Source: Eremomyces bilateralis CBS 781.70
Taxonomy: Eukaryota
DNA length: 64,000 bases
Direction: 5' to 3' (one strand)
NCBI GenBank assembly: GCA_010015585.1
Contig: ML975168.1
Shown here piece by piece: positions 38,131 through 49,798 of this stretch. Both the position numbers and the translations under genes were made by a program. Position 1 is the first letter of the stretch, and each line of letters starts with the position of its first letter. The notes beneath the pieces are model-generated. The model searched no databases. It had not been told where the DNA came from and worked only from the letters and a program-made list of their open reading frames with translations.

Positions 38131-40746
38131 TTAGACAAGAGTAAATTCTTGCTTCGTCTTTGTGAACTGAGAGAAATCCAACGCTTCACCGTTCATATAT
38201 TCATCAACGTAACATTCCCCGACTAATTCGTAATAGATCATCTTCGAGCCTTCCGATGCCCCTTTGCCGTGTTGTCCGATCGAGTTAGGAGAGAGAAGTC
38301 TCATAGATTTAACGGAAAGCTGTGCCTTCTCCGGTTGGTAAGGCTGGATGGGCTCGTGAATTGGCGATGCACAAGTCTTGGAAAAGACGGGAAAGGATGC
38401 ACTGGTCTGTTTTCCCTGCGTTGTAGTGTCCATCTCGTCCTGATCCATGTCCATCGATAACGGCTCTTCATATACCTGGCTCTCCCCGTCAGTTTCCAGG
38501 AGGAAGTTCTTTGCCGTTGTCTCTGGAACGGCATCAAGGCGGCGTCTTTTCGAAGCAGGCTGGAGGTAGGTGTCGCTGGAAAGAGTTTCTGGACTGAGTC
38601 TCTCTGGAGATCTGGAAGGCATGAAGGAAAAGTTCACTGTTGTCGCTCGCCTCGGTGGAAGTGATTTTTCTCTCGGCAGCGGAATCAGATCTTGACCCAG
38701 CTTTGGCTTGTCCGTAGTCTGACGGAGGATAACGGGGACACTGCAGCCATGAAGGATACATATCAGATCATTCTCAAGCGTCTTCTGGCTACACAAGCCA
38801 ATGAACCTCTCGTCGGCTCCGCCAGTGAATATTTTCCGATTCCAAACCGTATCCTGGACTCTTTGCAGGTACGGGACTAGATCTTTCGGGGTATTGGGGT
38901 CATCAATCAGCTCTCGTAGATGGATGTCGCCATGGAAGTCGCGGAGTTGGAGCGCTCGCAAGCAGTAGCTCTTATCCAACGCTTCGGTTGATTGGCTTGT
39001 ATTATCTGCCGTTAGAACTCTCCAGATTCGATCAGGAAGCATGTCCAGTGTGAGGTCCTCGTATGCATTTGTGTGCGGGAATCCTGCCATTTCCAAGACC
39101 TCCCATGGGATGACACCAGGTACCATCCTCGGCGATAGCGACTTCACCTTGCCAAGCACAATTCCTTCGATTATAATAGTTCCGTCAAACAGTTCACTCA
39201 AGACAAGTCTTGTCTCACCATGCTGGCGGTCGTAAATGTTATTCTGTCGGGTTCTGATTCCAAAGGACACCTTCGGCACAAGTCTCTTGCATGCCTTATA
39301 GAATGGGTGGTGGCCCACCAAAGGGTCTGCATTCTTTCGTCCTCGAGAAATCGTCTCAGGCGGGCCATAGGCGGATTCGTCAAGCGTTCGAATCCAGGAG
39401 GGGAGGTGCGTCTTCACCTGTCGATCAATTTCTTTGCGGCTGACCTCCCCTTTCCAAATGGTATGACTAGGAGCCCACGGCCTGCAGATGATGTCCAAGG
39501 TCCCTTCGCTCTCCACGCAATGCTGCACGAAGTTGATGAAGGTGTCTAGCACACTCCTTTGATAGTCTGGCACGATTCTGCATGTACCAAGGGTGTCTGG
39601 CTGACGAGCAACAGCGAGGACACCGTAAATAATATCTCGAGGATCGGATGCGTCGAAAGCTGTCAGAGTTGACACCAAGTACTCGATCGTGTATCGTTTC
39701 CGCTTGATATCTTTATCACGGAGCAAATTGGCCGCCTTCTCAACAAGCACACTGGCGCCGTATGCTTCAATTGCCTTTCGGTCAAACAGGAAGTGCAGGC
39801 CACTCTGGGTCTTCAATCCCGTCGCACTCGGATTAAAGACTCTTTTGCACAATGCAATTGCATACTCCAAGTTCTCCCATGGTATCGGCTGATTTGCGCC
39901 AGAGTATACAGAGCCTTTCTTGGATGCCGCCAATTCTTGGACAACCCAGCGCCTGCTGAAGTACTTCCGTCGCATGACCTGGACCAGAGCCTTCCACTGC
40001 TCAGGAGCAAACTCGGCGTCATGCAATGTGTCCATTCTTGCCCTGGTCGCAATTTCCTGTGCGAATTCAAATGCTCGAGCCGCATCGTTGTTAGGGGTAT
40101 CCATTCCCAGCCATACTTTCAGGTTATAGCCACGATTGTATATGTCGGCCATACGTCGGATCTGTTCATTCTTCTCGTTGACATCTCTCTGGTTGATGCA
40201 TAGTGCATCTACCCACAATCGAAGGGGTTCTGTCTCATGTCTGAGATGTCGTAACGCCTCAAATAGATTTCTTCTCACGCGGAAGAAGCAACCAATGACT
40301 CGAAGCAATATTGCCCTCTGTCGACCAGCTTTCGTCCGAAACTCTTTATGCTTATGCCAATCGCTCTTCTGAACCGTGAAGTCCCTCAGGATTACTTCGG
40401 GTTCGGCAGGTCCCGCTCCCCATTCGTAAGAAAGTGTTTCGTATTTAGGCGGATTCACCGCGTCGATATCCGCCGCAAAGAGGTCTAATTGTACTGGATC
40501 TTGGAACTTTCCCGGCCTCAATATAAGTATCCGTATCTTCCCTTTGTCAAGCTTGTGATATCGGTGTTTGAGTCGCCGGACTAGTTTCACTGCTATCTCG
40601 GCGAGTTTTGGACTTGGGAAGTCCTCTGGTCGTTTGCGTGGGAGACGGTTTCGGATGACGTCCTCTTTCTCGGGTTCATCATAGAGGTAGTTTGGAAGGT
40701 AGAAGGTGTCAGGGATGGTGTGAGTATGTTCCACTATGTCCGCCAT
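38131..40746 (-). CDS. HET-domain protein, HET-6-like (~871 aa, single exon)
   Basis: IRILILRPG, YETLSYEWG, NLFEALRHLR, LWVDALCINQ..EKNEQIRRMADIY, YFSRRWVVQE, ASDPRDIIYGVL, LPSW, ILHGCSVPVILR and YELVGECYV. First ATG at 40746. Confidence 0.92.
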   Translation of the reverse strand: MADIVEHTHTIPDTFYLPNYLYDEPEKEDVIRNRLPRKRPEDFPSPKLAEIAVKLVRRLKHRYHKLDKGKIRILILRPGKFQDPVQLDLFAADIDAVNPPKYETLSYEWGAGPAEPEVILRDFTVQKSDWHKHKEFRTKAGRQRAILLRVIGCFFRVRRNLFEALRHLRHETEPLRLWVDALCINQRDVNEKNEQIRRMADIYNRGYNLKVWLGMDTPNNDAARAFEFAQEIATRARMDTLHDAEFAPEQWKALVQVMRRKYFSRRWVVQELAASKKGSVYSGANQPIPWENLEYAIALCKRVFNPSATGLKTQSGLHFLFDRKAIEAYGASVLVEKAANLLRDKDIKRKRYTIEYLVSTLTAFDASDPRDIIYGVLAVARQPDTLGTCRIVPDYQRSVLDTFINFVQHCVESEGTLDIICRPWAPSHTIWKGEVSRKEIDRQVKTHLPSWIRTLDESAYGPPETISRGRKNADPLVGHHPFYKACKRLVPKVSFGIRTRQNNIYDRQHGETRLVLSELFDGTIIIEGIVLGKVKSLSPRMVPGVIPWEVLEMAGFPHTNAYEDLTLDMLPDRIWRVLTADNTSQSTEALDKSYCLRALQLRDFHGDIHLRELIDDPNTPKDLVPYLQRVQDTVWNRKIFTGGADERFIGLCSQKTLENDLICILHGCSVPVILRQTTDKPKLGQDLIPLPREKSLPPRRATTVNFSFMPSRSPERLSPETLSSDTYLQPASKRRRLDAVPETTAKNFLLETDGESQVYEEPLSMDMDQDEMDTTTQGKQTSASFPVFSKTCASPIHEPIQPYQPEKAQLSVKSMRLLSPNSIGQHGKGASEGSKMIYYELVGECYVDEYMNGEALDFSQFTKTKQEFTLV

Positions 40747-41896
40747 ATCGGTATTGATCAACGTACGCCCTTGAAGGATGTCACGTATCTGCCGGACATG
40801 AGGATATGAACCACTCTCTTGGGTTGTATGCCCGTCTTCCCGGATGAAAGGCAAGGCTTAGAGGAGGTGTCGAAGTGTCGACCTTTTTTCTGGTTGATGG
40901 GAGCCGCTCCAAATCAGTTATCTGTGATTACTCCGTACTTCACCACGGATTGGGTATCTCGACAAGCGCAACTCGTCTCCTGGAGGGTAGTGAAGGGCTT
41001 CGTGTATAGTGACCCCGCATCATTTGCCGGCTCGTGGATAGTCACGAAACCTTCTGAGCACTTCGCTTGTATCGGCGAGATCAATTGAAGGAATAGGTTT
41101 CAGCGCAAAGAACGAACGCCCTGTTTAACCCGCCTAATGTCAATGAAGTCGACATGAGGTTGAAACAAAACATAATGCGCTGGTGAATATCCAACTTCGT
41201 ATTCATGTTGTCCTTTCACAAGGCTGAGGGATCCCTGGTAAAACCCTTGAGAGCCGGTCATAGCGTGTTGGAAGCGCAAACATGAAACAATAAAAAACTA
41301 CCATGAACTATTCCGTAATCCGCTCCCAATTGTTCTTGCAGACCTCAACCGTAGCCAGACAGACTTTCAGAGTAGCGCAGAACTTAGATGACAGGAAATA
41401 ACACCAAGCTGTGCTTTTTCCCTTGTAATCCTAGAGCGCCCAAAAGTTTCGCGTTACATGATCATAGGCTGATCTTGGAAAGTCTGGAACAAGCAGTACG
41501 TTGGGGAGTGAACATAAACATGGAAGACAGCTGGACGTTCAGAATGAATTGAACTTCCATGCTGTCAGACAAGAAGAAACGTCAGGCTGATTTCTGCAGT
41601 TCAGATATATCGTTAATGGATGCAGATGGGAGATCATCGAAAGGAAGAATGTCTGATTGAAGCCATCGAGGACTGGTATCCATACGCCATATGGTACAGC
41701 TAGCTTGTCGTTGTGATAGTTACTTGTACGTGCCGTAATTAAATACCATCTGCTGCTATACTCAGCGTCAATCGGTCTAAAATTGTGCAATTAAGAGCTT
41801 GGAATTAGAAAACCTAAACCACTTTTAGGGTGATACAGCAAAGGCCATTTTATCATCAAGCAGTCGATATTTACATTTCATCAGTGTCAGCAGTTT

Positions 41897-42780
41897 TCAA
41901 ACATCTGTACCACCAGCTCGGTGGCTGCAAACCGCGTGGTTCTGCAGCAGTGGAGTGAAAGCGATGGTGGACTTAGGGCTTAGAATTGCTTCGATCCTCG
42001 AATTTTTAAGTACTGACGTATGCTTTAGAACAAGGTCTTCGAGGACCTTCTGGATAGTACTATCGCGATTAAGAGGTAGGGTGTATATAAGGGCAAAGTC
42101 TTTGACTGACGTCTCCATATCCCCGTTCCTATCAACGGCAGCTTTCAAAATTTCTTGTGCAAACGCCTTACTCCCTCGACGCCGTAGAAATCGGCCAATA
42201 CGCAAATTTGCATATGGACGAGCGGATTAGATGGAAGAAAAATTTGGAATCTTTTACGGAAGTCCCCCAAGTCGGTTTGCCATAAGAACAGTCATTCATG
42301 GAGGCCCTCTTTTTCCTCTTCCTGGTCTCAGCTGCAGTTAGTTCGCCGAAGTCAGACGAAGGATTCGGTGGTTGTCCTCCAGATTCCATATATTCCAACC
42401 TGTAAAGATACTGGAGCATACATTCGATAAGGTGAGGGTCACCAAGGGGAGCAGCAACTTCCGGGTCAGATGATAAGTGAATTACACCATCTTTTCTTTC
42501 CTGGAGGCAAGGTATCTCCCGGGACATGTCTCGATGGAAAACCTTCCACTTCTACCCATCGCGGGCATTTCTAAAAAATCTCTGCCCTCGGACAGACAAT
42601 TGTCTTGTGTACATGGAAAGATTTCCCCTCGTAAATGATTTCGAGGTCGGAGTACTGCAGCTTTCCAAAAGACTGTTTGAAAAATATTAGCGGATTGCGG
42701 TCCAGAGAAGCAGAAAGGACAGACTTACCTGGCAATGGCCTTCCCGACGGCCTTATGGGGATTGTTGTGCTCGTAGACAT
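41897..42780 (-). pseudogene. BTB/POZ-domain pseudogene
   Basis: YSDLEIIYEGKSFHVHKTIVCPRAE, IECMLQYLYRLEY and VHMQICVLADFYGVEG are BTB-protein motifs. They lie in different frames, with a TAG at ~42571 and several frameshifts that introns do not explain. Confidence 0.72.
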
Positions 42781-44181
42781 TGTGCAAATGCTGTAGTCTG
42801 TCGTATCAGTGCCACTGGCTGTCGTAGTAGTTGGATATATTGGGACTCATTCTATAGGGTACAGTCAAGGAAACTACGTAAAAGTTTACAAATTCCCATG
42901 GACAATTTATCGGAGGCGGCGATGTGTCTGCCAAACAGAGGGCAAGACAAACACTAAAACCCGCTTAGAAGCATTCCAATACCCGCATGTGTAACACCGG
43001 CTGCAAATTCCATAACCAATAGCTGAACTATATTATAACATTCTTGCGATCTGCTTGAAATTTCTCCAGTGTTTTGCATTCTAACGGTCTAGCTTCGCAT
43101 GCTGGAAACACGCCTACTCAACCGAAGGTTCCCAATTACCTTCCATACTGAAAGGCGAGACGCGGTGTTAACATCACAAACCAACATTTCATTTCCTCTT
43201 GGACAGAATGAATTAGAGACGAAATCATATATGACGTCATACATCCCGAAGTGTGGGATGCATCCGTGGCGGGACTCAGGGTTCAGAGGGTTATTCAGAG
43301 GGTTCAGTCATTTGACCCGCCCCCTGAGCTTGGTATAAAGTGTTTCGTTCTGCAGTGCATTAGATTGCCCATCAGGACGCTCGTTATGGTTTGAAGGGCT
43401 GTATTAAAGCAGGGGAAAGGGAGCTCACTCACTGTTTCTCTGATATTTCCTTATCACACTCATTTTCTTGGGATGTTGTATTTTCCATTCGTTTATCACA
43501 ATCATTTGCTTGCGATATCGCATTATCCACTCGTTACCGCGCTTCTATGCAGAACCCTTCTCTATATCCGAAAACCCAAACAAATTCTAAAGAACGAAAA
43601 ATCCCACAATGGCAACCAACCACGGAGATATCCCTCTCGGCTCCTGCATCGTCGTTAGCGGTGCGGAAGAAGAAGCAGGGGTTCAGGATGAATGTGGTGG
43701 TGCCGAGTTGTTGCGTTGGGCAGATTCTAGATCCGGAAAGCCAGAGGCATGTGAGCTCGGCTGGTGGATATGAGGATACGACGAGGATACACACCACGGC
43801 GTTGATTTATTGGGATATGCAGGATCAGCGGTTATTCGCGTTGGCGTGTCCGTTTACTTTGAGCGATTGCTGGTGATGTACAGGACACTATATCTGGAGC
43901 GTACGCTTATGCAAGAGATCGAGTTACTCGGGAAGAATTTGAGTCGGCCGGAGAACAGGCTGGCAGAGGCGTTGAGGCGGATTGGTTATCCGGGGATTTC
44001 AGACGCCCGAAGAGACTTTGAAACCAGTGGCGAGCAGCGGGATAAGTCGAACAGGGTACAGCAGACGAGGTAAAAAGGTTGTAATACTGAGACGACATTC
44101 GCTCAAGATCTAGATACGCTCATTCTAAGAGAGATCAGGTTATCATACAATAATCAACAATCGTTCCTTACATCCACCATC

Positions 44182-47100
44182 TCAATAATCCACCAACTGC
44201 AGCCTCCGCCCGATATTCCTCCGCACGTTCTCCCTCTGCATCGAGGCCTGCAGATCTTCGGCCTTGTCGGATAAGAGCGCCGATTGAAGTAATCCCGAGT
44301 CGAAGAAACCATCTGTATGGGGAAGAGAGACGAATCAGCAAATCTCTATGGTGAAGAAGCAGGGATAGTGTGAATGGGCAGTGAAAACTGTGAGTGGAAA
44401 GGAAGCCAGAGAGCATGAAGGACAATAGTAAACGCTTGATGCAGGAGAGGTAGAATGCGAGTAGAGTGATGAGGCCACCATTCGATGCAACCAGAACAAT
44501 CTCAGCTTTTGACGATCGAAAACCGTTCGCGTGGGCTTCCATATACTCAATGTCGCCTTTTCAAGATCCGTATCCTCGATCCCCGTGCAGGCTGACTGAC
44601 AACATGTAACACGGGGTTGAGCCAGGGAGAAGCAGGAGGAGTCGGGAGGGTTTCGGAAGGCCCTGGCGCGTCAAGCGGCGGATTGGATGCGACGGAGCTG
44701 TCCGACTCGGACCTCGAATGTGGCGGAGTTGAAACTGGAGAAAGGGGTAATGCTGGTTGGGAGGTGGATGCGCATGGGGGATAATAAGAAGAAATAAGAA
44801 TAAACGGAACCGCAGCAGAACCGTGAGGAAGTTGAAGTCTCTGGCTTCTCTTCACCACCCGAGCCACACCTTGCTCAACGATGTGCAAAAAAGAAACAGG
44901 CGCCTTACATCCGCCCAGCCCATCATCCGACTCCCCACCCACCTCCACCGCCTTCTCCGCCGCATCTACCGCACTCGTCGTGATCCTCCTCCCCCTCACC
45001 TCCCTCCCCCTTCTCTCATCCGCCTCCCGCACCCTACTCGACCCCTTCGACGCCCCCGCCGAGCTCCCCCGCTGACTCCCCTTAATCAGCCGCCGCGCCT
45101 CTAGAAAATACGCTTCCAGCGCGTCGATGAACCGACGCGTCTGCCGATGCTTGCTGCTCGCGCAGATCGAGATCGACCCATCTTTGATGATGTACCCGAT
45201 GCCGAACCCGTCCCCGCTGGTCGGCCCGAAGCCGAAGTGGCGGAGGCTCGGGTTGCCGCAGTTAGAGGTAGAGAGGACGGTCGTGGTGAGCTTGTCCCAG
45301 CCGGGGTCGGCGAAGAGCGCAGGGAGGGAGTGCGCGTGCTCAGCAGCTCGGGAGTACTGGGGAGAGCCGTCGTCGGATAACGTATATCGGCGGCGGGTGG
45401 GGGAGCCGATGGCGGATGTCTCGGAGGTGGCGTAGGAGTGGCCGTTGGAGCTCATGGCATCGTAGTCGACATCTTCCAGGGTGCGCTGCCACATGCAGTA
45501 TAGGGCGTACAGGTGGCGATCTTGGCCTTGCGCTTTGGAACTATCGCGACTATTTGCCGAGTGCTTCTGACACGCCTTACGAAGCGCATCGACTTTTTTG
45601 ATGGGAGGGTTCTCCCCCCAGAACGTCCGAACATAATCGACGGACTCGAGCGTGACAGAGCGGATCGCTTCGGTTCGGCCGTGGTAGAACATCTTGGTCA
45701 TTGCGGGCTCATAGACACACTCGATGCGTCCATATAGACCGTAGTATGCGGCTTGGAACGCCATCTGGACGTACGCATCGGGGCTAAATCCGTTGGAAGT
45801 CATGAAATTCTTCCCATAGTTCTTGAACTCAAGCGTCTCAAACTCATTCTGTCCGATTAGATCGGCTAGACGAGTTTCAGCAAACCGAAGTGCGGTACCG
45901 AGCTCTGGAATCATGTCCCATTCCAGTTTATGAGGGGTGGTCTGCACATCGCCAAACGAATCTGGGTCTCGCTTTGCCGGATCCGGGGAGGTCGACGCCC
46001 ATAGCGACGGAGCTTGGCCGTTGATAGATTTCGCAAACCGCAGGATCGTGTCGGTGTACACATCCGATGCAAATCGGAGGACAGTATGGCCATCCACGCC
46101 GGTATGTTCGAAATTGATACCCGCACTGCCGTTCTTGCAGACGATGATCTGCAGTTTATCGTACCACCGGTTCGTACAAGTGCCGACCTGCACACCGCGT
46201 TCGACCTTACTGGTGCCGCAGAGCATGTTCATGCAGAGATCCGACGTGGTCAATGGTTCGGTGTAGTCCAAACATACGACGAACAGCGCGGAGTCGACAA
46301 TGTTGAGGCAATCGGAATTGTTGGACCCTTCCTCGCGGTGCAGGACATCCCGCAAACCAGACCAGATCTTACGGTTTTCGGTCGATAGTACACCAACCGC
46401 ACTTTTTGCCGCTTCTTGAATTGGGGTCAGTGAAGCATCGTCGCAGATCACCTGTAGATTCAATGAGATATCTTTCTCGGTCATGATTAGATCCGAATTA
46501 TCATCCAAGACGTCGAACCAGTAGAACTGGCCATGGCAAAGAACCACCACGTGTTTCGCATTCGGGTCCTGGCCGATCTGGCAGCCATTTTCGGTCGGTA
46601 TTCTCGCGGTGCCAAACAAGCGCGCATATTGATACATATCCAAGGGCTGACCTTTCACTTGGTCGGGTGGTAATTCCTCTCTTCTAACCGCACGGACGAA
46701 TGACAATGCGGAGATAATTAGAGATGCGGCGCGAGTTACTTGATTGTTCCGGGCTGGTGTTGGATCATCTTCGAGGAGAAAGAAGGGGTTGAGGTTTAAG
46801 ACGACCGGGTTGTCGAAATTCAGATATGAGTCGTACCCTGTGATTGTCAGAAAGAATACGGCTCCATCAAATGACGCAAAACCGTACAGAACTGTTCTAT
46901 ATAATTCGCCCTTTTTTCCGCATACTGTTTCAGTTTTTCTTGCAACTCCGGGCCGTCGGATCTCAGGAACTCCTTGATGGCAAACTGGGACTCATGGTGT
47001 TCTTTCGAAGTCTGAAGCGGCTCTAGAGCTTCTAAGTACTTCGTGCAAGAGGACTCGAGGTCCGGTATAGGCAGCTTTGGTAGTTGATCTTGGTGTGCAA

Positions 47101-47236
47101 ACGTAATGCCTTGCCGCGACTCATTCTTCCAATCTTGATTCGAAATTGGTTCTTTAGCCGGTTTCGGCTGTGATTGGGCTGACTCTTTGGCGAGCTCTTC
47201 TTGGCGAGGCGGTTCATTCGAGTCGGGGCCAGGCAT
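44182..47236 (-). CDS. YAT1: Cytosolic carnitine O-acetyltransferase (Yat1/FacC type)
   Basis: LPKLPIPDLE, NRWYDKLQ, NFEHTGVDG (catalytic His), YEPAMTKMFYHGRTE and LSTSNCG. After a 596-nt intron (44908-44313) the last exon reads YGFFDSG...RRLQLVDY*. The start may alternatively be ATG 47308. Confidence 0.92.
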
Positions 47237-48631
47237 CGTACCGTTGATCGCAAGAGCGATGGTCCTGTCTAATGAGGTTGGCTGTGCAAAAGTACGAATG
47301 ACTGTCATGGTGAAAGTGAAGAAATGAAATCAGTTGAATGTATCTCAACCGTGAAGGGGAGATATGAGAATAGAAATGGACAGAAGCCGCAGAGCAGTGC
47401 GGTAGAAATAGTGACAATCTTTCTCGAAGTAAGACGACATTGAGTTAGGTCTTCATTTCAGACAATACAGTGAACAATAAGGAGGTAAGGGATAGACAAA
47501 CGTTTCTAAGAAAAAGATAGACTGTGGGCAGTGAGGGGTACTGCGAGATATAAAATACATCCACCAGTGACCCCAGACGAATAGATAAATCCAGTATGAC
47601 CAAATATGTGAAACAGAATACTCCACGCGGGCGGACGGATGCGCTGACTTGCATCAAGGATCCGGTATAATAGCCAAGACAAAGGGTCACGAGAGGTTCC
47701 GCTGGTGCGGGACATAGCGCGACCTAATGCCGTGCAGCTGAAAGCTAGCATAGATTGCCGAAAGCAGCAAATACGACATACAGGTACAACCGCGGGGAAA
47801 CCAAGAGCCACTTACCAGTATATCGAAGGAAATATGATATCAAATCGCAAGCGTATCGGATCCCAAAAGATATATCTGCTGTCAGTATCGTTATCCTATC
47901 CCGCCTTACCGTTCCTGGGATATCTCGGTCGCCGACGTTCGCATCCGTCGCCGTGAAGATGCAAGTAGATGACTCCAAAATAGCGGTTGGAACGGATTGG
48001 CGGTAAGTATAACACCCCGGATATTAACCGGAGTCCCGAGCAATGGATGACGAAGATTCTGCACGTCGATCCCGCGGGTTAGTACGGGCGGACCAATCCG
48101 TGGAGTTGCGTCGCGGGGGGTTAGACCGTGGGGCGCGGACGAGTGGAAGTCAGTGCTTCCGAGTACGTACCGAAGTGCTGGAATTATGGCGACTGGAAGG
48201 GGGTTCCAAAATTAGCGTCGTTTAGCGGTTCGAAGGTCGAGAAGCTTCGTATCACGTCAGAGGGGTTTTCGAGGAATATAAGAGCAGTTGGAGAGATGTG
48301 GCTTGGGACGCACATGAAGAGGGTGACTGATGGAGGTCTTGGGAACAGGCCACGAGGGAGGCAAAAACGGTCACACGATCTCCGCGGGTTCTTGAAATGG
48401 ACAATAAAGGATCCAAGGTTTGGCATACAACTGCAGTGCTTACCGTTCAAGAATACTCAAGGATATATCGAAGTAGGCGGTGCAACGTACAACATAAGCT
48501 GCCGCAATTCTGAGATATCTGACGGTGAGAACAGAGGAGGAGCCCAAATGGGAGTCGAGGGGAGGTTGACGTTGCAGTAGGTGGAGTTGCATCATCGCCA
48601 AGAAACCAAATCTGGAGAAATCCCGAGATGA

Positions 48632-48677
48632 CGGATGAACGGATGTACCCCCACGCGGATAGATGCATGACCCCCAC
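48632..48677. promoter_or_regulatory. Candidate CSRE-like (Cat8/FacB) site plus two CreA-type SYGGRG sites upstream of the carnitine acetyltransferase
   Basis: CGGATGAACGGA at 48632-48643; CCCCAC (GTGGGG on the minus strand) at 48649-48654 and 48672-48677. Short motifs, unverified. Confidence 0.3.
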
Positions 48678-49798
48678 ACAAAATCGATGTCGTGCAGACA
48701 GTTATGAGTTATGAAGAGAGGACTGAAACATACCTGGTATCAAAAGTCAAAATCTCACTATGGAAATATACTCTCCGGATTGAGATTATAATTTGACCAT
48801 AGTTAATGCCCTCACAACTTCTTCCCCCGCTTCCCCTCCCCCAACCTCTTCTACTCCTCCCTCCTCCCCGCAACCCTCTCCACATCCACTGCCTTCGACA
48901 AACCACGGGGAGATTAGAGGACGGAACGGGGGAGTAAGTGTGGTTCGGGTATGGTAAATGGGATCCAAAACTAAAGAATAAATGGGTGATAATACTAGCC
49001 AAAGAGGATAGAAAAATAAAACTGTATTGTAGGGAGGGAGTTAGGGTAAAATAGATAGCGCAAGAGCTCCAGGCATAGCAACAACCCTCCTAGTAATGTC
49101 AAACAGACAGTTATATTGCATGTCAGTCATCGTGCTAGCGTAACTGTTCGCATTGAGCCCCGTACCCGACTTTAGTAGGAATGGAAATCCGTCCACACCG
49201 TTGAAACGATATCCAAGGATTGGGTTTTCGGGCATCTGATATACCAACCCCATCCAGCTCCTCGAACTAATGGCTGAGATGCCTTGCTGGAGACATCCCG
49301 TAGTAGCTTCTTGCACATGTATGGAAGGTTCTAACTACCAATGTAGTACGAGGGATGGCACTGAATATTCGGTTTGAAGTTGAGATTCGAATGAGCTGCA
49401 GGGACCGGGAGTGGGGGTTGATGAGCGGGAGTCAAGCTCGCATGTAGGAAGAGGTTCCGTGAGGGACGGTCAGGATGGGAGTCACACGGAACGGCACGCA
49501 CCAGTCGCTCTAATGAATCCGATCTTCATACACCTTACTTCTATGTGAACTCCAGACATGTAGTACCTACAATATGTACCAGCCAATCTTCTCCTGGACA
49601 CAGCACCAACAGCTCAAAGCACACACCCTGTCGCTCCATTAACTCTACTATCCCGGCAAATTAAAAGGAACCATAAAGGGGCGATATCAATAGACACCTT
49701 AGAGATCGGACGGAAACAGTATTGAACAGATCTATATAGCTAGGGTACGTATGAAACAACGCCGAAGGTGTCCAAGACGGAGAAGGAATGCACGTGGT

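Noticed and set aside
43391..44073. Overlapping plus-strand ORFs
   Set aside because: May be a gene relic, but there is no recognisable domain or coherent splice model.
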